From NCBI GenBank assembly GCA_015068395.1, contig SVKP01000056.1, positions 3,844 to 67,843 of the forward strand: a stretch of DNA of 64,000 nucleotides. Reading direction: 5' to 3'. How positions within the stretch are numbered: position 1 is the first letter of the stretch; each line of letters starts with the position of its first letter. Shown here in pieces: positions 16,684-25,466 of the stretch. The stretch comes from Oscillospiraceae bacterium. Lineage in GTDB: Bacteria; Bacillota; Clostridia; Oscillospirales; Oscillospiraceae. A program made the translations under genes and the position numbers. Under the pieces are notes generated by a model. It did not search any database, was not told where the DNA came from, and saw only the letters and a list, made by a program, of their open reading frames with translations.

Positions 16684-19277
16684 CAGATCGCCTTTTCCTG
16701 CCTGGCGCTGTCCGCAACCTGGCGGAGGATCATCAGACGGTCCACGCCGCTGTTCGTGTCTTGCACGAGGTCGATGCCGACGCTGAGCGTGATCTGCCTG
16801 CCGTTTGCGCAGTTGACGCGGAAGGGCGGCGAAAAGGTCTCAAGCTGGAAGCCGGAGCGGTCGACCAGCTTCGCCATCCACGGACGATCCTCCTCGATGA
16901 CGCGGGTGAAAAAGCTGCGATTGTTGAGCTCGTATTCCAGCTCCGCCTGACTGATGCCGAGAGGCTTGGCAAGACCGTGGATCGCGACCTGTGCGGTCCA
17001 GTCGCCGTCCCTGCGGCTGAGAAAGATGATGCTGTCGGGAGAGACGCGGGAGAGCAGACTCATCTGGCTGTCACGCTTGGCGATCTGCGTGATATCGTGA
17101 ATGGAGCCGTAAAAGCGTTTACCGGCGCCGTCGGTTTCCAAAAAGAACAGCTGAAGCTGAAGCGAAAGCACGGTCCCGTCGCGGCGGACGAAGCGGATCA
17201 CGCCGTTCGACCCGGCGAGAGGGTCGACCTCCGCGAGCTTGAACAGGTTGTAGAACAGGGGAATGTCGCTCGAGAGGACCAGATTCTGCACAGCGTTCGG
17301 CGTGTCAACAAACTCGGGCGCCGCGTTGAGCTCGTTCGAGAACTGCTGGTTAAAGCGCACGATGTCGACGTTCTTGCCGTGCAGCAGGAAGAACGCAACA
17401 GGGCCGAGAATGCTGTTGAGCATCGCGTCGCTGAACACGTTTTCGTCCAGAAATTCGCGGGTGTTGAACTGATCCTTGGTTTTGAAAAGAAAGCCGCTCG
17501 TGTCGATGTTGTGCGGGTCCCCGATCAGCTTCTCATAGTCCTCAACCGGCATGGGGCGATAGAAGAAGAAGCCCTGCACGTAGCGGCAGCCCAGCCCGGA
17601 GAGGAAGTCGCACTCCTCCCAGCTTTCCACGCCCTCGACGATGATCGGGACGCTCATGGTCCGCGCGAGGTTGACAATGGACTCCATGATCTGAATGCCC
17701 TTGTGCTTGTCCTCGCCGTTCATGCGGAGGAAATGCGCGTCGAGCTTGATGATGTCCACGGTCAGGCTGCGCAGCATGTTGAGGGACGAATAGCCGCTGC
17801 CAAAGTCGTCCATCAGCACGAGAAAGCCCTTTTTCCGCAGGCGGCGGACCGTGTCGACCACCGCGTCGTTGTCCACGTAGGCGGACTCGGTGATCTCGAT
17901 TTTGATGACGTCCGTGGGAAGAGAATACTTCTCAATGAGCTGCTCAAAAAAGGCGGGCACGTCGATGGTGAAGATGTCGATCTGGGAGACGTTGACGGAT
18001 ACGGGCAGCGGCGTGTGCCCTGCCTCGATCCAGCGGTGCTGCCACGCGCAGACCTCCTCCCAGACGTATTTGTCGAGGTCGGTCACGAAGCCGTAGCGCT
18101 CCAGAATGGGGACGAAAACAGCGGGGGAAATGATCTCGCCGTTCGGCTTTTTCCAGCGGACCAGCGATTCCGCGCCAACCACGCGCTTGCTGACGATCTG
18201 GCACTGCGGCTGCATCTGGATGAAGAGCTCGTGCCCCGCGAGCGCATTCTGAAAATCCGAGAGTATCTGATAGTCCTGCTCCGTCTGCTGGAACATGTAC
18301 GGCTCGTAGGTGCGGATACGGCTGTGATAATCCTCCTTGGCATATCTTGCCGCAAGCGCCGCGCGGTCGTAGAGATCCTCGACGGCACAACCGCTGTCCG
18401 CCATGGCGACGCCAAAGGCGGGCATGAAGCCCACCGAGTTTCCAAATGCCTTAATCAGGCCGTGAATGTCCGCGTACAGCTCGGCGATCCGGTCGGAGTC
18501 GTAGGGGATGAGAAGGGCAAAATCGTCCTGCCCGAAGTAGCACGCCAGCCCGTCGAGCGTTTCCTCCGCCTGCATGAGGCGCGCGCCCGCCTGAGAGATC
18601 AGAAGGTCGCCGTTTTTACGGCCGTACCACTCGTTGAAAAGCTTGAAGTGCTCCAGATCGACCGAAAGCACGCACCAGTTCCGATCCACGCGGGCAAGGA
18701 CCTCCCGCGCGCGGGTGAAGAAGGCGTCCTTCGTCGGAAGTCCTGTCATCTCGTCGCGCTTTCCGCTGAAAACCGCCTCGTCGCTCCTGGGAAGCTCGGA
18801 TTGTATCGCGCTGTCCGGCGCCTGCTTGTCACACTGCTCTTGAATGTCAAAGAGGAAGATGTAGCACATGCCGTCCGGCACGCCGTTGCACGCGCCGACG
18901 ACGGTGACCTGCTCCATCCAGCGCCAGCCGCCGCCGAGCTGCTTGAAGCGGAAGCGCTCCCGGTGGATGCCGGGCTCATCGGTATTCAGCACGTCCTGCG
19001 CCATGCGCTCGCGCACGGTCGACGGGTCGCTTTCGACAAGATAGCGGTCCAGATCGTCCGGGTGGATCATGTGCTCCGCGCTGTACCGGCGGATGTCGGC
19101 GATCGAAGCGTCGGCGACCGGGGCAAACAGCTTCCCCTCCGTATGCTTGAGGTTGTGCATCTGCCCGTGAACATAGTCCAACTCGATCAGCTCGTCGTAA
19201 TCCTGCAACATCAGGCCGACAAGGACGGACCTTGCCAGGATTTCGGTATGAGGCTTGTCTTTCGGCGGCGTGTTCAT
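16683..19277 (-). CDS. PAS / degenerate GGDEF / EAL c-di-GMP phosphodiesterase with extra C-terminal PAS-like region
   Basis: IHPDD PAS motif, DEMTGL...DLEHFKLFNEWYG...FGQDDF (degenerate GGDEF), AESLVRW, EITES, DDFGSGYSSL, EGVE and VQGFFF. Confidence 0.9.
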   Translation of the reverse strand: MNTPPKDKPHTEILARSVLVGLMLQDYDELIELDYVHGQMHNLKHTEGKLFAPVADASIADIRRYSAEHMIHPDDLDRYLVESDPSTVRERMAQDVLNTDEPGIHRERFRFKQLGGGWRWMEQVTVVGACNGVPDGMCYIFLFDIQEQCDKQAPDSAIQSELPRSDEAVFSGKRDEMTGLPTKDAFFTRAREVLARVDRNWCVLSVDLEHFKLFNEWYGRKNGDLLISQAGARLMQAEETLDGLACYFGQDDFALLIPYDSDRIAELYADIHGLIKAFGNSVGFMPAFGVAMADSGCAVEDLYDRAALAARYAKEDYHSRIRTYEPYMFQQTEQDYQILSDFQNALAGHELFIQMQPQCQIVSKRVVGAESLVRWKKPNGEIISPAVFVPILERYGFVTDLDKYVWEEVCAWQHRWIEAGHTPLPVSVNVSQIDIFTIDVPAFFEQLIEKYSLPTDVIKIEITESAYVDNDAVVDTVRRLRKKGFLVLMDDFGSGYSSLNMLRSLTVDIIKLDAHFLRMNGEDKHKGIQIMESIVNLARTMSVPIIVEGVESWEECDFLSGLGCRYVQGFFFYRPMPVEDYEKLIGDPHNIDTSGFLFKTKDQFNTREFLDENVFSDAMLNSILGPVAFFLLHGKNVDIVRFNQQFSNELNAAPEFVDTPNAVQNLVLSSDIPLFYNLFKLAEVDPLAGSNGVIRFVRRDGTVLSLQLQLFFLETDGAGKRFYGSIHDITQIAKRDSQMSLLSRVSPDSIIFLSRRDGDWTAQVAIHGLAKPLGISQAELEYELNNRSFFTRVIEEDRPWMAKLVDRSGFQLETFSPPFRVNCANGRQITLSVGIDLVQDTNSGVDRLMILRQVADSARQEKAI

Positions 19278-19501
19278 AACCGTACCTCTTAACAGCTCAA
19301 ATGATAAGAATAATATAGCATGATGCAACAGAATAATCAATGCCGCGTGTCGAAAAATGGCTGAATTGTTGAAATAAAACGAACGGCGGACAGATAAGGA
19401 TTGCCATTTGAGCGAGCGCGGGTTATAATATCAGCCGTATATCCCGTGGCGGCGGACTGAGACGTTCCGCCGCCGCGAAAACAGTATGGGGAGGGCTTGA
19501 G

Positions 19502-20890
19502 ATGAAAGCATCCAAACGGGAGCTTGCGTATGCCGCCCGGAACTTTAACGAGGTCCACCACACGACGCTGGACCCGGAGGGCCCGGGCGTCGTGCGCATC
19601 CACCTGATCCCGCCTAAGGTGAGCGACGGGGAGATCGGCGCGAGCATTGCGATCCTCAACGGGCAGGATGTGGTGCCCGTGAACACCTCGTGGAGCATCC
19701 TGCTCACGGAATTTATCAAGGCGGTCAACGAGTACAGCGGGCGGGAGGTCAGCGACGAGGATGTGGAGCACATCGTCGCTGCGGCATGTACCGAGGCGAA
19801 GAAGGTCTATCCGCTGATTTCACGCAAGCGCATGGAAAACGACATCCGCACGATCATGCGCACCTTCCGGCAGGTGGCGTATGGCGAGGAGACGGACACG
19901 CCCATCGAATACCTCACCATGGGCGAGTACGCGCCGCGCATGCGCGCGCCGCACCGGATGGACCTGATGGTCAGCGCCATGACCGCGCAGGGACGCTGGC
20001 ACTGCAACCAGCAGTGCGTCCATTGCTACGCGGCGGGGCAGACGGCGGCGGAGGAGAGTGAGCTTACCACGCAGGAGTGGAAGCAGATCCTTGACCGCTG
20101 CCGCGCCGCCTGTATCCCGCAGGTGACCTTCACCGGCGGCGAGCCGACCATGCGCGAGGACCTGCTTGAGCTGATCGACTACGCCAAGTGGTTTATCACG
20201 CGCCTGAATACCAACGGCATCCGGCTGACGGAGGAATACTGCCGAAAGCTCCACGCCGCGTCGCTCGACAGCGTGCAGATCACGTTCTATTCCGCCGACG
20301 AGCAGATACACGACCGGCTTGTGGGCGGACCGCACTTCCGGGAGACCGTGGCGGGCATCGAAAACGCGCTCGCGGCGGGGCTCAGCCTGAGCGTCAACAC
20401 GCCGCTGTGCACGCTCAACCGCGACTATGTGAGCACGCTGCGGTTCCTGCACGAGCGCGGCGTGCGCTACGTCACCTGCTCGGGGCTGATTACCACGGGC
20501 AACGCGGCGAAGGAGGCGTCCGAGCAGCTACAGCTGACGAACGCGGAGGTCCGCGACATCCTGCGCGAGAGCGTGAGGTACTGCTTCGCGAACGGCATGG
20601 AGATCAGCTTCACCTCGCCGGGCTGGGTGGACGCCGAGTTTTGCGCCGAGCTGGGGATCACCACGCCAAACTGCGGCGCGTGCCTGAGCAATATGGCAAT
20701 CACGCCCGGAGGAAACGTGGCGCCCTGCCAGAGCTGGTTGAGCGGCGAGCCGCTGGGCCATATGCTGCGCGACGACTGGGAGACGATCTGGAACGGCGCG
20801 CGGTGCCGCGAGAGGCGCGAGTTCTCCGCGCAGCTGCGCTGCGAATGCCCGCTTCGGATTCTCCGCACGGAAAAGGGAAGGGAGGCGTGA
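19502..20890 (+). CDS. Radical SAM protein with SPASM/Twitch C-terminus and putative RRE/PqqD-like N-terminus
   Basis: CNQQCVHCY (CxxxCxxC), TFTGGEPT, LNTNG and C-terminal CGAC...ITPGGNVAPC...LGHM...WETIWN...CECP. Confidence 0.92.
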   Translation: MKASKRELAYAARNFNEVHHTTLDPEGPGVVRIHLIPPKVSDGEIGASIAILNGQDVVPVNTSWSILLTEFIKAVNEYSGREVSDEDVEHIVAAACTEAKKVYPLISRKRMENDIRTIMRTFRQVAYGEETDTPIEYLTMGEYAPRMRAPHRMDLMVSAMTAQGRWHCNQQCVHCYAAGQTAAEESELTTQEWKQILDRCRAACIPQVTFTGGEPTMREDLLELIDYAKWFITRLNTNGIRLTEEYCRKLHAASLDSVQITFYSADEQIHDRLVGGPHFRETVAGIENALAAGLSLSVNTPLCTLNRDYVSTLRFLHERGVRYVTCSGLITTGNAAKEASEQLQLTNAEVRDILRESVRYCFANGMEISFTSPGWVDAEFCAELGITTPNCGACLSNMAITPGGNVAPCQSWLSGEPLGHMLRDDWETIWNGARCRERREFSAQLRCECPLRILRTEKGREA

Positions 20891-20894
20891 GACC

Positions 20895-22085
20895 GTGAAA
20901 AAACAAGCAAGAGCCATTCTGGTCTGCCTGTGCCTGCTTCTGCTGCTCCCGCTGCTGACGCCCTGCGCCCGCGCCGCGGAGCTGGACGAGATATTGTCCT
21001 TTGAGGTCACGGTGGACGTCAATCGGGACGCCACGCTGCGCATGCGCTACCACATTGACTGGCTGGTGCTCGACTCCAAATCCGAGGGGCCGCTGACCTG
21101 GGTGAAGATCGGCATCCCCAACAGCCGCTATGTGTCCATGACGCCCCTTAGCAGCGCGGTGAAGAAGATCAGCTACACCTCCGACGGCGGCAGCTACGCC
21201 CGCATCGACCTCGACCGCGCCTACAAGGCGGGAGAGGTCGCGCAGATTGAATTTGAGCTGGTGCAGGACTACATGTATCAGGTGGACGCGTCGGCAGAGG
21301 GGGAGACGGTTTACAGCTTCACGCCCTCGTGGTTTGACAACATCCGCGTGGACGAGCTGACCGTTCGCTGGAACAGCGACAAGGCGCTCGACGCGCTGCC
21401 AGGCTGCGAGAACTCCGGCGGATACTATACATGGACCGGCTCCCTCGGCAAGGGTGAGCGGTTCACCGTGACCGTCAGCTATCCCAACGACGCCTATGAC
21501 TTCGACCTCTCCAAGTCGGCGGAGGAGGGCGACGATGACGACGGCGTGCTCGTCACCATCTTTTTCCTCGCGGTTTTGCTGTGGATCGCCTTTACGGTGT
21601 TCAACGTCATCAGAGCCATCATTTCGCTCTTCACCAGTACCGCGAATTTCTCCGACGGGACCAAGACGAAGATCACCCGCACCAAGGTCGTCTATTGGCC
21701 GGAGTGCCAGGGCTGCGGCGCGCCGCGGCCTGACGGGGCGAACAACTGCGCCTACTGCGGACGGAGCTTCATCAAGAGCGAGGAGGTCATCAAGGAGCAG
21801 GACATCCCCAGGGAGGAAAAGGATCTGCGCGGCAAAAAGACGGACGGCCTTTACCGCTACAGCTCGCAGCCGAACACCTATATGCGCGTCCATGTGACAC
21901 ACGTCCCCGTGTCGCACAGCAGCGGCTCGTCCTCGCGCGGCGCAAGGTCCTCCTGCGCGCACAGCTCCTGTGCCTGCGCGTGTGCCTGCGCCTGCGCCGG
22001 CGGCGGCAGAGCGGGCTGCTCGACGAAGGACTTTTACAACACGCACCTCAAGCTGCGCCAGCTGGAACAAAAGCGCGGCTCCTGA
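20895..22085 (+). CDS. Membrane-anchored protein: signal peptide, extracellular beta domain (DUF2207-N-like), TM helix, zinc ribbon, Cys-rich (CA)n tail
   Basis: GTG start 4 nt after the rSAM stop. Signal peptide ending ARA, TM GVLVTIFFLAVLLWIAF, CQGCG...CAYCG and SSCAHSSCACACACACAGGGRAGC. Confidence 0.88.
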   Translation: MKKQARAILVCLCLLLLLPLLTPCARAAELDEILSFEVTVDVNRDATLRMRYHIDWLVLDSKSEGPLTWVKIGIPNSRYVSMTPLSSAVKKISYTSDGGSYARIDLDRAYKAGEVAQIEFELVQDYMYQVDASAEGETVYSFTPSWFDNIRVDELTVRWNSDKALDALPGCENSGGYYTWTGSLGKGERFTVTVSYPNDAYDFDLSKSAEEGDDDDGVLVTIFFLAVLLWIAFTVFNVIRAIISLFTSTANFSDGTKTKITRTKVVYWPECQGCGAPRPDGANNCAYCGRSFIKSEEVIKEQDIPREEKDLRGKKTDGLYRYSSQPNTYMRVHVTHVPVSHSSGSSSRGARSSCAHSSCACACACACAGGGRAGCSTKDFYNTHLKLRQLEQKRGS

Positions 22086-22089
22086 ACAG

Positions 22090-22131
22090 AAAAACGGCTC
22101 CGGGACACAAACCGTCCCGGAGCCATTTTTT
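22090..22131. terminator. Bidirectional terminator closing the rSAM operon and the btu operon
   Basis: AAAAACGGCTCCGGGAC...GTCCCGGAGCCATTTTTT. Confidence 0.8.
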
Positions 22132-22137
22132 GCTTGG

Positions 22138-22905
22138 TCAGACGTCCTCCCACTGCCGCAGGAGGGTCTGCATCCAGTCCTTCACGTCCATGTCGTAGAC
22201 GTCTTGCAGGCGCTCCGCGGTCAGCACCTCGCGCACCGCGCCGGAGGCGGCGACGCTTCCGCGATCAAGCAGCACGGCGGCGCTGCCGCAGTGCAGGGCG
22301 AGGCTCAGGTCGTGCACCACCGAGACGACCGCGCGCCCCGGCTTTTGCCGCCACTGCTCGATCAGGGAGAACACCTGCTTTTGATAGACGAGGTCCAGAT
22401 GATTCGTCGGCTCGTCCAAAATCAGCAGCTCCGGGTCCTGCGCAAAGAGCTGCGCCAGAAAGGCGCGCTGCAACTCGCCGCCCGAGAGCGTCAGCACCGA
22501 CTGTCCCGCGATCTCGCGCAGGCCCGTCAGGCGCAGCGCCTCGTCCACCGCCTGCTCGTCGGTGTCGGTCCGCGCGGAGAAAACGCCGGGAGCGTAGGCG
22601 TAGCGACCCAGGCGCACCACCTCCTCCACGGAGAAGGCATAGCCGACCGCGTGGTTCTGTGAGAGCACGCCGACGTGCTGTGCCAGCAGATGCGGCTTGA
22701 AGCCGCGCAGGTCCTTCCCGCGGAAGAGCGCCGTGCCCGTGTAGGGAACGCCCTGTGAGATCGCGTTGACGATCGTGGATTTGCCCGCCCCGTTTGGGCC
22801 GACAATCATCAGCCAGTCCCCCTCGTCGACGGAGAAGCTCACGTCCCGGACGATGTCCCGCCCGCCGAGGTGGACCGAGAGCCTGTTTACCTCCAGAAGC
22901 TTCAT
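22138..22905 (-). CDS. Cobalamin/iron-chelate ABC transporter ATP-binding subunit (BtuD-like)
   Basis: GPNGAGKS, LSGGE and LILDEPTNHLD. Start overlaps the permease stop. Confidence 0.93.
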   Translation of the reverse strand: MKLLEVNRLSVHLGGRDIVRDVSFSVDEGDWLMIVGPNGAGKSTIVNAISQGVPYTGTALFRGKDLRGFKPHLLAQHVGVLSQNHAVGYAFSVEEVVRLGRYAYAPGVFSARTDTDEQAVDEALRLTGLREIAGQSVLTLSGGELQRAFLAQLFAQDPELLILDEPTNHLDLVYQKQVFSLIEQWRQKPGRAVVSVVHDLSLALHCGSAAVLLDRGSVAASGAVREVLTAERLQDVYDMDVKDWMQTLLRQWEDV

Positions 22906-23987
22906 GCGCCCGACCTCCTCGAACGGTAAAAGATGACGATGAACACCACCGCGCCGATCAGCGAGGTGACCACGCCAATGGGCAGCTGCAAGGGGTTGGC
23001 GATCATGCGCGCCGCGAGGTCGCACAGCATCAGAAAGGTGGACCCCGCGAAGAGGGACGCCGGAAGCAGCCTCGCGTGGTTGGGGCCTGTAATCATGCGC
23101 ACGACGTGCGGCGTCACGAGCCCGACAAAGGCGATGGTCCCGCCGATGGAGACGCACACGCCGATGAGCGCGGAGACGGCGATGAGCACGGTGAGCCGCA
23201 CGGCGCGGACGTTGACGCCCACGTGCCGCGCATTGTCCTCTCCCACGGCGAAGGCGTTCAGCTCGCGCGACAGCCGGAGCAGCACGCCGCCGCAGAGCGC
23301 CAGCGCGACAAGCAGCACCAGCGCGTTGCGGTAGCTGCTGCCCGCCAACGAGCCCATGGTCCAGAAGGTGATGTTGTGCAGCTTGTCCGAGGAAAAGGTC
23401 ATGATGAGCGAGAGCAGGCTCGAGGCGAACATCGAGTAGATGACGCCGATGAGGATGATGCTGTTCGTCGAAAGCGAGCAGTCCAGCCGGTAGGCGAGCG
23501 AGAGAATGACCACGATGGAGCCAAAGGCAAACAGCATCGCCATCACCATCGTTCCCGCGAAGGGCAGGGACGGAAAGGTGATGTTGAAGGCAATGGCGAT
23601 CACCGCGCCGAGCGACGCGCCGGAGGACACGCCCAGCGTGGAGCCGTCCGCCAGCGGGTTTTTCAAAAGCCCCTGCATCGCCGCGCCGCAGATCGAGAGC
23701 GAGGCGCCCGTCAGCGCGACGCAGAGCACCCGCGGCAGGCGCGAGGTGAGGATGATGGACGACGCGGTGCCGCCCTGCGCCTCACGCCCGGCGAGCGCGT
23801 CCAGGACGATCGTGACGGTCTCGCGGAAGGGGATGCTGACGCTGCCGACCGAGACGCACAGCACCAGCGTCAGGAGCATGACGAGCGCGAACAGGAGATA
23901 GGCGGCGGGGGAGAAGGATGCCCTGTGAAACGCTTTGGGAGAGGGCGCGGCGCGCTCCTCTCCCTTTGCGGCTTTGTTTTCGTTCAT
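22902..23987 (-). CDS. Cobalamin/iron-chelate ABC transporter permease (BtuC/FecCD family)
   Basis: RLPRV, QGLLKNPLAD..LGVSSGA, GEDNARHVGV and IAFVGLVTPH. Confidence 0.93.
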   Translation of the reverse strand: MNENKAAKGEERAAPSPKAFHRASFSPAAYLLFALVMLLTLVLCVSVGSVSIPFRETVTIVLDALAGREAQGGTASSIILTSRLPRVLCVALTGASLSICGAAMQGLLKNPLADGSTLGVSSGASLGAVIAIAFNITFPSLPFAGTMVMAMLFAFGSIVVILSLAYRLDCSLSTNSIILIGVIYSMFASSLLSLIMTFSSDKLHNITFWTMGSLAGSSYRNALVLLVALALCGGVLLRLSRELNAFAVGEDNARHVGVNVRAVRLTVLIAVSALIGVCVSIGGTIAFVGLVTPHVVRMITGPNHARLLPASLFAGSTFLMLCDLAARMIANPLQLPIGVVTSLIGAVVFIVIFYRSRRSGA

Positions 23988-25021
23988 GCGGCGGGGCTGA
24001 GCTGGTCGTCGGCGTGCTCCGCAACGAAGTCATAGAGCATCTGCGCGCCGTCCGCCAGACGCGGCGTCGGACGGGAGAGCTCATTGTCCTGCAAATTCAG
24101 GATCGCCTCGTTCTTCACGGCGCTCACGTTCTCCCAGCCGGGACGGGACAGGATTTCCTCGATGGGCGTGGGGCCCTCGCCGTAGTACATGGTGATCGTG
24201 ACAATGAAGTCCGGGTTGCGCGCGAGCACCTGCTCCTCGCTGACCTCGCCCCAGCCGTCCACGTCGTCAAACACGTTCCTGAGGCCGACCATCTCGGCGA
24301 TCTCGTTCATGAAGGTGCCCTTGCCGGCGGTCCACAGGCCGTATTGCAGCGGGGAGACCTCGAAATAGACGGTCTTGCCCGCGGCGGCGTCCGCCTGGGC
24401 GGCGACCTGCGCGAAGGTCGATTTCATGTTCTCCACGACGGCGGCGGCCTCGGACTCCCTGCCCATCAGCTTGCCGATCATGTTCAGCGCGGTGTACACG
24501 CCCTCAATGTCCTGCGCGTCGGACACGACGACCTTGATCCCGGCGTTTTCCAGCGCGTTGATCTGCTCCTCGGTCTGTGCCATCGTGCTCATCAGCAGGA
24601 CCTGCGGCTCCAGCGCGATGATCTGCTCGATGTTGGTGTCGTAGCCGGACTGCACGGAGGGAACGTTGAACACTTCGGCGGGATAGTCGCAATATTCACC
24701 GCGCCCGACCAGCGTGTCGCCCGCGCCGACGGCAAAGAGGAACTCGCAGTCGGAGGCGGAGAGCGCCACCACGCGCGTGGCGGGCTCGTCGAGCGTGACC
24801 TCGCGCCCAGTCATGTCAGTGACGGTGACGGACTTGTTTTCCGGCTGCGCCGCGGGAGCGGGCTCGGAGGCGGCGGGCTGCGCCGCGGGTTCGGGGGCGG
24901 CGGCGGACGCCGGGGCGGGGACGTCGTTCCCGGAGGAGGACGCGCCGCCTCCGCAGCCGGAGCACAGCGCAGCGAGCAGGGCAACAGACAGCAGCAGGGC
25001 AAGAAGCTTGTTTCTTTTCAT
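23984..25021 (-). CDS. Cobalamin ABC transporter substrate-binding lipoprotein (BtuF-like)
   Basis: Lipoprotein signal, VTDMTGREV, RVVAL, CDYPAE, NIEQIIALEP and RPTPRL. Preceded by a cobalamin riboswitch. Confidence 0.9.
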   Translation of the reverse strand: MKRNKLLALLLSVALLAALCSGCGGGASSSGNDVPAPASAAAPEPAAQPAASEPAPAAQPENKSVTVTDMTGREVTLDEPATRVVALSASDCEFLFAVGAGDTLVGRGEYCDYPAEVFNVPSVQSGYDTNIEQIIALEPQVLLMSTMAQTEEQINALENAGIKVVVSDAQDIEGVYTALNMIGKLMGRESEAAAVVENMKSTFAQVAAQADAAAGKTVYFEVSPLQYGLWTAGKGTFMNEIAEMVGLRNVFDDVDGWGEVSEEQVLARNPDFIVTITMYYGEGPTPIEEILSRPGWENVSAVKNEAILNLQDNELSRPTPRLADGAQMLYDFVAEHADDQLSPAA

Positions 25022-25169
25022 TTCACGATCTTCCTTTCATCTTTCTGCGAAAAAAGAAACCGCCCGGCATTCCCGGACGGCATGGCAACAAAAGCGGGGC
25101 AATCTGTCCCCCCGCAACCGCATTCATCGCTCCGGAGATCCGCGGAACGGAATGCACCCACCAGCCGTG

Positions 25170-25290
25170 GGAAGGAGCGGCACGCATTCTGACTGAACAC
25201 GGTTTGGAAAAGACCAAAACCACGAAACACAGTAACGGCCTTGCGCGGGATTCACACCCGCTTCCCGTACGCGCTCCCCGACCGATTCAA
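25170..25290 (-). ncRNA. Cobalamin (AdoCbl) riboswitch
   Basis: Minus strand reads GGGAAGCGGGTGTGAATCCCGCGCAAGGCCGTTACTGT...AGTCAGAA (B12-box) upstream of the btuFCD-like operon. Confidence 0.88.
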
Positions 25291-25466
25291 TTTTCTGCCA
25301 TACTATAACACGCCTTACCTGCCCTGTCAACAAGCATGGGTGTTGAAAAAAAGAGAAAGGTGTGATACCATACGGTAAACTGTTGAAATCGTTTTCCCCG
25401 CCGCCGCATGTCGGCTGCGCGGGACGCGTTTCGGAAAGGGCCGCGGCGCGGCGGAAGGAGTTGCCC

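Noticed and set aside
16761-19292. 843-aa plus-strand ORF, and similar long ORFs at 13606-15852, 28709-30919, 34449-37061 and 50726-53314
   Set aside because: Antisense shadows of well-supported genes in high-GC DNA, with no motifs or RBS.
19348-19354. Single TGTCGAA 0A box between the EAL gene and the rSAM operon (another at 38790 before mraZ)
   Set aside because: An isolated 7-mer is expected by chance and is not enough to claim Spo0A control.
19280-19501. Small precursor-peptide ORF upstream of the radical SAM gene
   Set aside because: No short Cys-rich plus-strand ORF with an RBS was seen, only promoter-like sequence and a GC-rich hairpin.
19502-25290. Radical SAM being B12-dependent and linked to the adjacent btu operon
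   Set aside because: No cobalamin-binding domain is evident in the rSAM. The operons are convergent and separated by a terminator, so adjacency is likely coincidental.
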